DNA from: Octopus sinensis
Lineage: Eukaryota
Reading direction: 5' to 3'
DNA: 64,000 nt
Assembly: GCF_006345805.1 (NCBI RefSeq)
Contig: NC_043006.1
Span: forward strand, 89,838,001-89,902,000
The stretch's first letter is position 1; every line of letters starts with the position of its first letter. The position numbers and the translations under genes were made by a program. Below the pieces are notes generated by a model. It made no database searches. It saw nothing but the letters and a program-made list of their open reading frames with translations, and was not told the DNA's origin. Positions 1 through 12,460 of the stretch are shown here, piece after piece.

Positions 1-18
1 ATATATATATACATATAC

Positions 19-51
<33 letters not shown>

Positions 52-69
52 CATATATTATATATATAC

Positions 70-118
<49 letters not shown>

Positions 119-212
119 GACATATATATATATATATATACATAATATATATATACATATATATATATACATATATATATATATACATACATATATATAC
201 ATATATATATAC

Positions 213-245
<33 letters not shown>

Positions 246-679
246 CATACATTATACATATATATATATACATCTATATATATATATATATACATATATC
301 TATATATATATATATATACATACATATATATAATATACATACATATATATATATATATACATACATATATATATATATATACATACATATATACATATAT
401 ATATATACATATATATATATATATCATACATATATATACATATATATATATATATATCATACATATATATATATACATACATATATATATATATAACATA
501 CATATATATATATATATACATACATATATATATATATATATGTACATATATAATATATAATATATATATATATGTACATATATATATATATATATACAAT
601 ATATATATATATATATACATATATATGTATATAAATATACATACATATTATATATATATATATATTACATATATATATA

Positions 680-715
<36 letters not shown>

Positions 716-720
716 GTACA

Positions 721-752
<32 letters not shown>

Positions 753-864
753 ATATATACATATATATTATATATATATATATATACATATATATATTAT
801 ATATATACATATATACATATATATATATATAATATATATATGTATATATATATACATATATATG

Positions 865-925
<61 letters not shown>

Positions 926-926
926 A
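1..926. repeat. (TA)n / (TATACA)-type compound microsatellite
   Basis: Continuous TA dinucleotides interrupted by CA/TG; the overlapping poly-YI ORFs are artefacts. Confidence 0.98.
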
Positions 927-1587
927 TTTCTTCTGTAAAACATCTATATACTGTTGTGAAAGGAAGCTTTTCAGAAGGTTAGAAAAGGGAAGTAAAAACA
1001 AAGAGAACAAAACCAAAAGAAAAGAAGAAAAAGATCAGGAAGTGAAGAGGAGAGAAAATAAATACACAGCAGTTAATATGGAGGAAATAAAACAGAAACA
1101 ACTTTGGTCTTGAAAACTCACTGCTACATCAATGGCACCTTAGCAATACGGAAAGAAGCAAGAATATTAAAAGACATGCCTGAAATTAACAAACTGACTC
1201 ACAACTTAGGAAGAAGAAATGAAAAGACATGCTTAATGATTTTCAAAAGTTGATCTAAACAAAGAACGTCCATAAAACAGGTTTTTAACTGGTCACTCAA
1301 CCTGTGTGTCCGTACAAAATAACAGCAGAAGCTAGAATACCTGCAATGGCGCTTTCAGTGCCGACAATGCACACGGCTAATATTGCAATGACAGTTTATT
1401 CAACTCTTTTGTGAGATTCTTACGGGAAGGATATTCAGATCGTTTACAGATATTTTTACCAAATCCGTATTTTCTTTGATAACATGTATATGCGTATGTG
1501 GGTGTATATCTCTCCCTGTCTCTATATAAGTGTATGTGTGTAGATATTGATATATTAATGTCTGTATGTAAGTGTGTGTGTGTGTGA

Positions 1588-1642
<55 letters not shown>

Positions 1643-2285
1643 ATATCTATAAGTGTATGTGTGTGTATGTACATTTACTTAGATATAAATTACACACTCA
1701 TACATACATATGTATAGAAACATATACACATATTCACACATATCTGTACATATGACTGAGTAATTCATAGGATTACATACATACACACACGCACGTGCAC
1801 ACACACACATTACATATTTTATATGAAAAGAGATATCTGAAACAGAATAGATACGGTATGATCAAAAGACACAAGACTTTCCCTGTTGATGCTTGAAATA
1901 TTTTGATATTCTAAACATCTTCACTTTTCTACTGATACACACACACACACATGAATGTGATACTTCAAAATGGAACTTGTAATGTAGAAAAAGAAATAAG
2001 GACATCCCCTCCACCGAAAAAACTAATGGCTACAGAAATAGGGAACTTATGTGTAGCATGGAATATAACAACTGTCCTGAAACCAAATTGTTAACCTTTT
2101 ATTAAAAAAATAATATAAAAAATAGATTCCTCTCATAAGTTGTATTTATATTTTTATATTTTGATTTTGTTCTTTTCTTTTACTTCCAAACTAATGAATG
2201 GAATACAGCAGGTAGTCAAAAGATGTCATACATAAATGTATCACAGTTATGCAGACTAATTATCAGAATGTGACAAATATACATC

Positions 2286-2366
<81 letters not shown>

Positions 2367-2367
<1 letters not shown>

Positions 2368-3254
2368 TATATAAAAGGGCTTAGTAAAATAAATTACTTT
2401 GCCGCATACTGAACTCATTAGAAATAGCAGCTAAAAAAACTGTTTTAAAACTATTTCCAATACTTAAAGAAAACCTCTCTCATATAGTGCTTGCTCAATT
2501 CAACTCACGAAAGTATGGGGGTAGAGACATTAAAAAATCAAATGCAAAGGTTATTTGAGAACGTACGTTTCAAGATTAGTCAAAATCGACACTTCTATCA
2601 TCAGCTCAGAACTCCCTGGTTTGGATTTGAAAACACTGAAAGTGGGAGCATACCCTTTCGGCTTGTTATCGCTTCTGAAGATCTGCTCGAAACTAACAGT
2701 GCCAGCAAATTCAAATATGCAAGCGAAGAATTTCTGTTCTCCCCTTTCCACCAGCGTGGGTTAAAATCAGCAAACACTATGCTTTTTTCGGTAAAATCCG
2801 AGGCATTATATAGAGAGAGATGAATTATAATTTTAACAATTGAGGGTAAAATTAATTAATTAATCAATTTCACCAAGTATTCAGTATTTCAGTGTTTTCA
2901 AATCCAAACCAGGGAGTTCTGAGCTGATGATAGAAGTGTCGATTTTGACTAATCTTGAAACATACGTTCTCAAATAACCTTTGCATTTGATTTTTTAATG
3001 TCTCTACCCCCATACTTTCGTGAGTTGAATTGAGCAAACACTATATGAGAGAGGTTTTCTTTAAGTATTGGAAATAGTTTTAAAAAAGTTTTTTTAGCTG
3101 CTATTTCTAATGAGTTCAGTATGCGGCAAAGTAATTTATTTTACTAAGCCCTTTTATATAATGTAATAATTTGAATTTGCCTTAAATGGTCCCTTTGCAT
3201 ACTGAATACTTGGTGAAATTGATTAATTAATTAATTTTACCCTCAATTGTTAAA

Positions 3255-3261
<7 letters not shown>
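2367..3261. mobile_element. Fold-back repeat element embedded in (TA)n, probably a Penelope-like terminal repeat derivative
   Basis: 2367-2641 is the reverse complement of 2887-3161 (about 3 substitutions seen by eye). 2825-2887 is the reverse complement of 3199-3261. A CTGAAGA...GAAAC motif lies at 2675-2693. The family assignment is inferred. Confidence 0.55.
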
Positions 3262-3285
<24 letters not shown>

Positions 3286-4130
3286 CGTTACATAGAGTTG
3301 TTACAAAAGAAGCAAAACACATATAGACACCTGCATACTTACACTCACATGTGTGTGCACAACACACCTGAATCTCATTCACTGTGAAGCCTCTAAACAC
3401 AGCCTCTTCCACTAGTGCAGACCATGCCAAACCAAAAATAAATAAATGAACAAACATTAAGAAATCGAGATATTTTTGATACATACAAGGAAGTTTTCAT
3501 CCATCTATCTGTTTTGTTTCGATAATTTAGTCCAGAACTCCCCAAATAGTTATATACATGTATATACTTTTACCAGAAGAAAATTCTTTGCAGCAGAACT
3601 ATTTTTGGACAAATTTCATACATCAAAGTTATCCTAACAGCTGTATCCTACAGGACATGATATTGGGAATATCAGACTTAGTTGCAGAAGACAAGAAAGA
3701 AATGAATTGCTAAGTCAATATAATATTTTGACGGTATTTTGTTTCTATTTCTCAAATGAGGCAGCCTCGGTAGATTTCAGTTCTATTTTACAAACTGGCA
3801 CAAGTCAGACTAGCAATATTAGGTTTAACTTCATTTGTCAAGAGACAGAGCACAGAGGATTGAAATCTATTTCAAAAACTGACATAAAAGAGATCATGGG
3901 TTTCTGTAAAACTTTAAATTAACTGGTTTCACACAGTGAGCAAACGCCCTTCAGAAAATATAAACTTGTGAGTGAAAATACACCATTACATGTATTAATC
4001 TAGTTTACACTTTGTGTGTCTGTATGATTTCAGTATTGTTTGGAGGAGTAAACTTTTCAAGCAAGAGAACGTGATATCAGAATGTAAAAAGGAGGCTTAA
4101 TTGAAGCAAATTCTTTCTCTTTCAATCATT

Positions 4131-4615
4131 GTGGCTGTATGGTAAGAAGTGTGCTTCCCAGCCTCGTGGTTCCAGGATCAGTCACACTGCATAGCACCTT
4201 GGGCAAGTGTTTTCTAGCATAACCTTAGGCTGACCAAAGCCTTGTAAGTGGATCTGGGAGATGGAAACTGAAAGAAGCCTGTCATATATATATATATATA
4301 TATACCAGGGTAAGCATATAAATGTGAAACAAGGTGAGAAAAATAGCACTTGAATACTGGAGGTATATAAATATATATATATATATATACACATGACTGT
4401 GTTTTCATGTCTGTGTTTATCTCCCACTACTGCTTGACAACCAATGTTAGTGTGTTTACATCCTTGTAACTTAGTGGTTTAGCAAAAGAGATCGATAGAA
4501 TAAGTACCAGGCCTTAAAAAATATCAAGTACTGGGGCCGATTCATTTAACTAAAAATTCAAGGTTGTGCCCCAGCATGACCACATTTTAATGACTGAAGC
4601 AAGTGAAAGACAAAC
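4131..4615 (+). mobile_element. tRNA-derived SINE, interrupted by microsatellite and a short fragment of another repeat
   Basis: A tRNA-like head (GTGGCTGTATGGTAAGAAG...GGTTCCAGGATCAGTCAC), a central body shared with other copies (62285-62635, 63575-63930) and a 3' tail GCCCCAGCATGACCAC...TGACTGAAGCAAGTGAAAG. Confidence 0.7.
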
Positions 4616-5944
4616 AATAGGTGTGATGACAGGAGTGATAAGTTTTGCTTCAGAGCCACACGGCCAACAGTAAGTTCTCTCTGTACGGACTCTGCTGATA
4701 TTTTCTGCTTTGTCACAGGTTGACTAATGCTTTGCAAGGGAAATTTTCTTGATGAAATTAGGAACTCACTGTATCGTGGTGTGTTTCCCCTTGTCCTGAC
4801 ATGGGTGAGCAATGTGTAAACAGAAGTCAGCACTATACAAATGGTGATGTTTGTTTAAATATGTCTGGCCATTCAGCTGTGTATTGTTTGAAGGACGAGG
4901 GGAAATATTACCTTTCTTGGAAACAGCTAACGGTTAGGGACAGGAAGAAGATTCAACTGTAGAAAATCTGCTTCAAAGAAGTTTCATCTAAATCAAGTGG
5001 CAATGGAAATGTGGATGCTAAAACGAAGGAGTAACAATGAAGAAATATGAAACTGAAAATACGAATTCAAACGAAATCATAATGTTAACCATTTTATTTT
5101 AAATGAGCAAAGCTCCGAACACAGAGGAAAGGAAAATGAAAATAAAACAGAATTTAAGTAGTAAAAAAAAAAGCAGAAAATTTTTTGATGAATTTGAGAT
5201 TCAATCTAAAGAATGTGAATTGAAAAAAAAAATGTAATTTTTGTTACTGGGATTTTGATAACTTTAAAACCTTAAGATGAAATTGAAAAAGAAAAATAAC
5301 TGCACTATGTAGGCTAGGATTATGAAGAATTTTGATGAGTTCTGAGCACACTGTGAATTAATGATGATACTTTAATGAAAGAAAGATCAAATATATGAAG
5401 TGAAGAGTAATTTTTAGAAATTAAGATAATTTCAGAAAATTTGAATATTCATCGTAATTCAAGACCAATCATTAATTATTTCAATTAGCTGCAAGAGGAT
5501 AGAGGAATTAGAATTAAGAATGTAAGGTATACAACTAAATTATGGAAAGCTTTTTGCCCTAAAGTGGTTGTTTTTGATCAATTAGCTGCAAGGTGAAGCT
5601 TGGTGCCGCACAAAAATGATGAAATGTGAATGAATAAGTAATTATCATCATAATTGTTTCTTTATTTGCTTTTCTTATATTGGCAGAAGATGAATAAGAA
5701 TTATTCAGTGACCAAAAATCTTTCCTGGAACCAAATCCTTTATTGTTTTCAACTAAGATACTTTATTCCACATACTGAAGCCTACTTTTTCTTCCCATCA
5801 TCCTAGTCATGGTAGGGTGAGCTTCCTGTTTCTTCATTTCTCTAAGTCATGAAAAAAGGGGATCCAGTATCAAATCCACTAAGCCACTAGTTTCTTTCAG
5901 AGTTCTGAGTATTCACTTTTGGCAAATAATAGAATGCTCCTAAC

Positions 5945-6340
5945 TTGCTAATTGTTTGTCTCTGGACAAGAAATCTCAAGAATCGCTTGAAGGATTTGGA
6001 CGAAACTTTCAGGAATGCTTGGCCATGTGACTGGCACAAACTGATTAGATTTTGGGACCGATCTGGTACTGGACAATGATTCTGGATTATTTGTTATATT
6101 TACTTTATATTACATGATTACGATCTTACGTTAACTTTCGAGTCTTTCTCAATTATCTCTCTTTAGGCTGCAACTATTTTGAATGGTTAATTTGTTAATT
6201 ATGGCTTGTATTAGATAAGGATAAACTATTTATTACTGTTACTAAATTTTCTACAGCCACCTTCACATTCCATGACTACCACTGGGATCAATCCAGTACC
6301 AGACAAGGAATATGGATTATTTTTCTGGTTCTTTCACTTA
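5945..6340. mobile_element. Possible non-autonomous Helitron-like (HINE-type) remnant
   Basis: GATTTGGACGAAACTTTC...GATTAGATTTTGGGACCGATC motifs and an internally repeated GTAC..GACAA..A...TGGATTATTT block. No clear termini. Confidence 0.25.
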
Positions 6341-7174
6341 ATTTTTGAGAGCAGTCCTGTTCACTTTTAGTATTCTCATTTGTGAGAGCAGTCAAGTTTA
6401 TTTCAGATATTCTCATTTTAAAAATCATCTCTGGTTAATCGTTGAGATGACGTTGGTGTTGCCTTGGCAGAGGTTTGAGCTCTCTGAGTGCTCTTGTTAC
6501 ATATATTATGAATTGAAAAGAATTCAGATACAAAAATAAATAAATATGAGTTAAACCTCTCCCAATCAAAAGAATGCAATAGTTTCCATTGCATTAAACA
6601 CAACACAAGTAAATATTCTCTTGGATAGCTTTTCTTGAGGTTGTGTTTCATAAGATGACTTTTACTTGTTTTTTTTTACTCTCTTCTTATTTTATAAACA
6701 TTTTTTTTTCTGAACATATTTGCAAAACTGAATTATAGAATTTGACTGAGCAGAGTATTGTGAAAATAGAGAGAAAGACAAACAATAAAGTGCAGGGAAA
6801 CAAAGTCAGTAAAGGATGTTGTTGAAAGAAATGGGATAAGATGGCTGGCTCATTTGCTGAAGAAGGATGAGAGTGACTGAATTAGAAATGTGATGGAAAT
6901 GAACGTGGAAGGAAGTAGAGGAAAGGGAGACCTTGCCATTGAAAAAATAAATAAAAGCAAAATATGGCTAAAGATAACAGAGGAAGAAATGAGAGCAAGG
7001 AGGTTGGTAAAGGGTTTTGAAGAGGATAGGGCAAAATGAAAACTGTTATGAAGTTCACAAGGCTAACTTCTTTAACAGAGAAAATAGCCTTAAAATTCTT
7101 GCTCTGGTAGGGAGGACACCCTCTTTCCTAATCCATTTTCATAAAGTTTTCTGATCTTCACCCTAAAAACAGAT

Positions 7175-7445
7175 CACATTTAATGTCCTCTAATTTTGGA
7201 CCTTGTGATAAATAAAGCTCACATTTAATATCTTTCATTCTTAGCCTTTGTAGCAATAATGACCACATGTGAAGTCTCCTTTACATTGCCCTTGTGGCTC
7301 ATAATTAGTGTATCATGTTGTTGGCCTATGTGAAAAGTAACAACCACATTTAATGTAACAACCCAGTTCTTTACCCATCTGTGGCAATAATAACCATAAC
7401 TAATGTTTTCTTGTTCTTTGCTCTTGTAGCAAATATCACATTCTT
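7175..7445. repeat. Degenerate tandem repeat with a unit of about 44 bp
   Basis: Recurrent CACATTTAAT...CCTTGTRGCAATAATRAC core with variable pyrimidine-rich middles, about 5-6 units. Confidence 0.5.
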
Positions 7446-8559
7446 CAATGCTTGCTTGTATCCAAAAATGGTTAAAGATAGATGCTCTTCATACTGCTAA
7501 TCATTCAACTGCAGAAAAGAAGTGCAGCACGTATTTTTGTCAGTCAAGCAAACCAGAGGACACAGATTTATGTGCATCTTACTCAAAGAGAACAACATAT
7601 CGACTGTCAAAATATAAGAAGCCTGTGATTATGTGTTCAATAGTTTGACCCCTTTTTAAACTTATATCCAATGTGCTTCTTTGAGAATAAATATCTGAAA
7701 TTTGGATGGAGCCCTTCATGAAAGAATACAGATATTAAGCATTGTGTTGTTGTTTAAAGTCAATCAATCTCCTCTCTAAATCAGAATAATGGGTTGCTTT
7801 GTGTCAGGGAGGGTTTCTCAATGATAAAATAACTCAGGTCATTGTGTTAACCTGTATGTCTAAATCTGAAGGATAAGACAACTCAGAAATTCATAACAGA
7901 ATGAAATAAAACAGGAAAACAAGCAAAAAGAAAAAGAAAAGAAAAATTTCCACCAAAATGGTAAGAGTAACAATGAGAAAAAAGTTAAAAAAAACTAAAC
8001 AACTATTGTTGTAGATTTTTTTATTCATTAATTTATTTGTCTACCATAGTAGTTAAAAAAAGAATAAACACAAGGGCCTCCCAACCAACTATCAAGAGAG
8101 AGATCATAAAATATGGTTAAACAGATAAAGAAATTTTAAAAAAAACTTAAGATTTACAGCCATCAATTAGATTTCCTCATTTGTTTTTAGTTCTCATTTG
8201 CCCAGATCGACAACAACAACAACAACAAAAAGAAGAAGACAAGGATGAAATTACTTCCTTTGCACTGCCCTCCGTAATTCAGAGTGAAAGCAGTATCTCA
8301 TATTCTTGCAGAAGCCTGCTTGGGCCATCGGTGCCAAATACATAAATATAATTCATTCAGCTGCAAACATCAAATTGCTTGAAGAATATGAGTGTCTGTC
8401 TGTCTTAGTTTTTACCATTGATGATTTATGCTTTGTAAAAGAAAGCCAGGAGCAGGGGAGGGCTTTTGGCCAAAGCAAAAAAAAGAAAGAATTGGCTTGG
8501 CTTTTTTTTTTATCTTCTTTCTTTCTAATATGCAAAGTAAAATATTATTATTCTCTTAT

Positions 8560-8990
8560 ATGAAGATTGGAAAGAAAGAAAGAAAGAACAAAGCAAAATA
8601 GATAAAAGATGAAAAGAAGAGAAAGAAAAAGAAATAAAAACAAGGAGGAAGGAAAGAAGAATAAAAAGAGAAAAGAATGAGAAAAAAAGAGAGAGAAGAT
8701 AATACAAAGAAAGAAAGAATACAAGAAGAAAAAGGAAAGAGGAAAGATGAAAAAAAGATAAAAGAAAATCTAATTAGAAGAATGAAACAAATAAGCAGCA
8801 TTAAAGAAGAATAAAGGAAAGGAAGAAGAAAGAGATAAAAAGAAGAAAATGAAGGAGAAGAAAGCATAAAAGGTAAAGATGAAGGAGGGGAGTGAATGAA
8901 AAAAGTTATGATAAAAAATAAAAGTAAAATAAGTAAGAAAGAAAGAATCTCAAAGATAAATAAAAGAAAAATAATGAAGAGGTGGAGGAG
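8560..8990. repeat. Purine-rich (GAAA/AAG) low-complexity tract
   Basis: Almost exclusively A and G on the + strand; the F/L/S-rich minus ORFs are artefacts. Confidence 0.85.
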
Positions 8991-9000
8991 GATTCATGCA

Positions 9001-9069
<69 letters not shown>

Positions 9070-9559
9070 AATAAATAAATGTGTGCGTGTGTGTATGTGT
9101 GTGTGTATATATATGAATGTATAACACAACGTAAGACATATTTAATCTCCTGAATTCCACTGTCATCCCCACACAGAACCCTTCAAACCTGAAATTCCCA
9201 CCACACCTCCCCACTGCATTCACAACTAATTTATTAAGAATGCTTCCAAATACATTAGTTACACACCATGTTTACCTAACTTTGTGTGAGATTGGCAAAT
9301 TTTCTGCCTTCTGTTTATAGACTTGCTTTCATAGGAAATATATTTATTTAAACTCATGGTGATGATGATGATATATTTGCATAACCCAATAGGAAAAAAT
9401 TCATTTAAATATAAAAACCACGATGATGGTGATGGTGATGCTGTTGAAGGAGGGGATGACAATGATAATGTTTAGACAATAACAATAAGGATATATATGT
9501 CCAAATGCATAGGAATTTAAATGCAAAAATGATGATGATGACAATATATGTGTATATAT

Positions 9560-9687
9560 CATCATCATCGTTTAATGTCCGTTCTCCATGCTAGCATGGG
9601 TTGGACAGTTCAACTGGGGTCTGGGAAGCAGAAGGGCTGCACCAGGCTCCAGTCTGATCTGGCAGTGTTTTACAGCTGGATGCCCTT
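9560..9687 (-). mobile_element. 3' tail fragment of the RTE LINE family, cut by the gap
   Basis: (CAT)n followed by GTTTAATGTCCGTTCTCCATGCTAGCATGGGTTGGAC, the reverse complement of the tail of the RTE copies at 19270-19330 and 31110-31165. Confidence 0.75.
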
Positions 9688-9787
9688 NNNNNNNNNNNNN
9701 NNNNNNNNNNNNNNNNNNNNNNNNNNNNNNNNNNNNNNNNNNNNNNNNNNNNNNNNNNNNNNNNNNNNNNNNNNNNNNNNNNNNNNN
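9688..9787. other. Assembly gap (100 N)
   Basis: A run of exactly 100 N, a typical placeholder for a gap of unknown size. Confidence 0.99.
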
Positions 9788-11248
9788 TGACCTCACACAT
9801 CAGCAAGGTCATGGAACGAATAGTCAGAAGGAAACTAATCACCTTCCTTGAAGAAAATGACTTGCTGCCTGACACCCAACATGGTTTCCGACCAGGAAGA
9901 AGCTGCCTAACTCAGCTCCTACAACAACTATGACTGGGTGCTGAAACGACTGCTCAACCACTCAAATGTGGAAGTCATATATCTTGACTTTGCAAAGGCC
10001 TTTGATAAAGTCGATCATGGAATGATATGTCACAAACTGCGCGATCTTGGCATAGTTGGAAAATTGGGAGAATGGCTTCATGACTTTCTGAAGGATAGAA
10101 GCCAGGTGGTAGTAGCCAATGAGACCACCTCCATTAACACGCAAATAGTGAGCGGTGTTCCGCAAGGCACTGTTTTGGGACCACTACTGTTCATAATGGC
10201 CCTCTCAGACATGCCCTCAGCCATGCAGAGAGCCACGATCACAAGTTATGCAGATGATACAAAAGTTTCACCGGCAATACAGAACCCTAAAGACACTATG
10301 CACCTGCAATGTGAGCTGGACAAAATATACAAGTGGGCCGAAAAGAATAGCATGCAGTTCAATGCTGAAACGTTTCAAGCTATATGCTATCAGCATGCAA
10401 AACTAAATGCAATAACCAATAAATACACTGGACCTGGAGGGATTGCAATCTCAGAGGCACAATAAGTGCGAGACCTGGGTATTTACATGAGTGATGATGA
10501 AACCTTTCATGTGCATGTTGCTAAATTGGCAATGAAATGTAGGCAGCTGGCTGGATGGATTCTTAGAACCTTTAGAACAAGAGACCAGGAAACCATGATG
10601 GTCCTCTGGCGGACACTTATCCTAAGCCACTTTGATTATTGCTCTCAGCTATGGTCACCATCCAGTGTCAAGTTAATCACAGAACTTGAGGCGATCCAAT
10701 GAAGCTACACAAAGAAGATAGCCTCTGTGCAGCATATAAGCTACTGGGAAAGACTCAAGAGATTAAGACTCTATTCCTTAAAGTGTAGGCAAGAAAGATA
10801 TGCCATAATATACATCTGGAAGATCATAGAAGGACTTGTCCCAAATTTTGGCATCGAGAGTTACACAAATGCTAGAACTGGGAGCCACTGCATAGTACCA
10901 AGGACTCCAGATTTGCTATCAAAATGTAGGACAAGATACTGTGATAGCCTGGGCTTCAGAGGTCCACAGCTCTTCAATATCCTCCAGAAGAACCTGAGAG
11001 ACCTGCATGGGTTGGATGCAGATGTCTTTAAAATAAAACTGGATCTCTTCCTGTCAGGTGTCCCAGATGAACCAACTTCACGGCAGGAGGTGCAGATGAG
11101 GGCAGCTGCACCAAACTCTCTCATGCACCAAATGGCAATTGCTAAAAAGCATTCGTGAAGTAAAATTAAGTAGCAACACCAAATGGCGGTGCCCCAGCAT
11201 GGCCACAGCTCGTGAGCTGAAACTAGATAAAATAAAATAAAATAAAAT
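9788..11248 (+). mobile_element. CR1/L2-group non-LTR retrotransposon: RT and 3' end, pseudogenised
   Basis: RT motifs QHGFRPGRSC, YLDFAKAFDKV, SGVPQGTVLGPLLF and YADDTK, then DYCSQLWSP and a CR1-like C-terminus. It has stops and frameshifts and ends in an (ATAAA)n tail at 11226-11248. Confidence 0.92.
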
Positions 11249-11274
11249 ATGTATATACATATATATATATGTAT

Positions 11275-11470
11275 ATTTAGATTCAGATGAATATGGTACT
11301 TAAGTTAAAGGCACCAGAATTTGGTATGGTATTATCCATATACATCAAAAGGGTGAGTATAATCAAAATATGCAACAAGGATATCCAAGGTAGTGTAGTG
11401 CAATCGTTTCATGCTACTTCATTTTATTAAACACTGTAAGTATTACATCAGTTTTAAAATGTAGAGCAAT
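11275..11470 (-). mobile_element. PLE-like terminal fragment (same family as 51834-51977)
   Basis: 11278-11393 is a diverged reverse complement of 51860-51977. The minus strand has CTGAAGA...GAAAC separated by a long insert, and the fragment abuts (TA)n. Confidence 0.4.
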
Positions 11471-12399
11471 CTTCAGCCACATATAGAATTTTTTTTAATT
11501 AAATGGACAATGTACATTTTTATACTTATTTCATTTGCCAACATTACAAAGAGGGTAGATATATAGACAGAGAGGTTAGTTTTATCATTAGGAACATGGT
11601 AGTAGAAGGTACTTCCCCATCTGTAGATTTTTTTATCTGCTCAACCACTCAAATGTGGAAGTCATATATCTTTATTTGCTCAGGAGAGGTAGAGACGGAG
11701 GAAGAAAAGGTCATATATGAAAGAGAGAAGACTTGTCAAAGTGTGCGTTTTTTGCCCTAGTAACCACATCTTTTAAGATAGGGATTTCTAACCTAGCCCA
11801 CTCGTATCCTCACCTCATTTTACATGTCCCTGTATATTTTGAAAGAAAGAGTAACAGAGAGACGGTAAAGCTGTCAAACGTAGTTATAGAAAGAATGTGG
11901 AGGGAAGGGGGAAAAGAGAGAGATCGAGGAAGAAAAGGTGATATATGAAAGAGAGGACTGAAAAATAAAATATTTTGAAACCTAAAGATGATTTGGTTTA
12001 CAATGAAAAAACAAAGGAAATAGTTAAGAAGTAAATATTTCAAAACTGGAAAATTTTTCAAATTTACCGACAAATTTTTGTTAACGATGATCGCCTTGAG
12101 CATACAAATAAATTCTTTAAAATCTTTTATCCAAGCAAAATAATAACATATCTTCTGATAAATAATATCTGTTATAATTCTGCGGTAGTGGTGGGAGATG
12201 ATAATTCACCTTTCTGAAAGACTTGTGGTGGGAATATTTAAACTTTTGCGGCTGTCACATTTCGTCTTTATAGATACAAACAGAAATACATTGAGCGATG
12301 CGTTGGAGAAGAAAGAGAGACAGCGGAGGTGTCAAACGTCGTTATAGAGAGAAAAAGTGGAGGGAAGGGGAAAAGAGAGAGAGATCGAGGAAGATATGA

Positions 12400-12460
12400 T
12401 TCTGATTTTGATTTTTCCAGTTTCAGCTAATGAGCTGTGGCCATGCTGGGGCACCGCCAT
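12400..12460 (-). mobile_element. Isolated 3' tail of the CR1/L2-group LINE
   Basis: The minus strand ATGGCGGTGCCCCAGCATGGCCACAGCTCATTAGCTGAAACTGG matches 11183-11226. Confidence 0.75.

Noticed and set aside
58-1016. Poly-YI ORFs, also seen near 39700-41900, 51570-51790 and 52600-53000
   Set aside because: (TA)n lacks stop codons in some frames, so these are artefacts.
1130-1420. Transposase zinc-finger remnant (WRFQCRQC)
   Set aside because: A single short motif amid stops, with no TIRs or catalytic motifs.
8560-8990. Hydrophobic F/L/S-rich membrane-protein-like ORFs
   Set aside because: They are the reverse complement of a purine-rich low-complexity tract.
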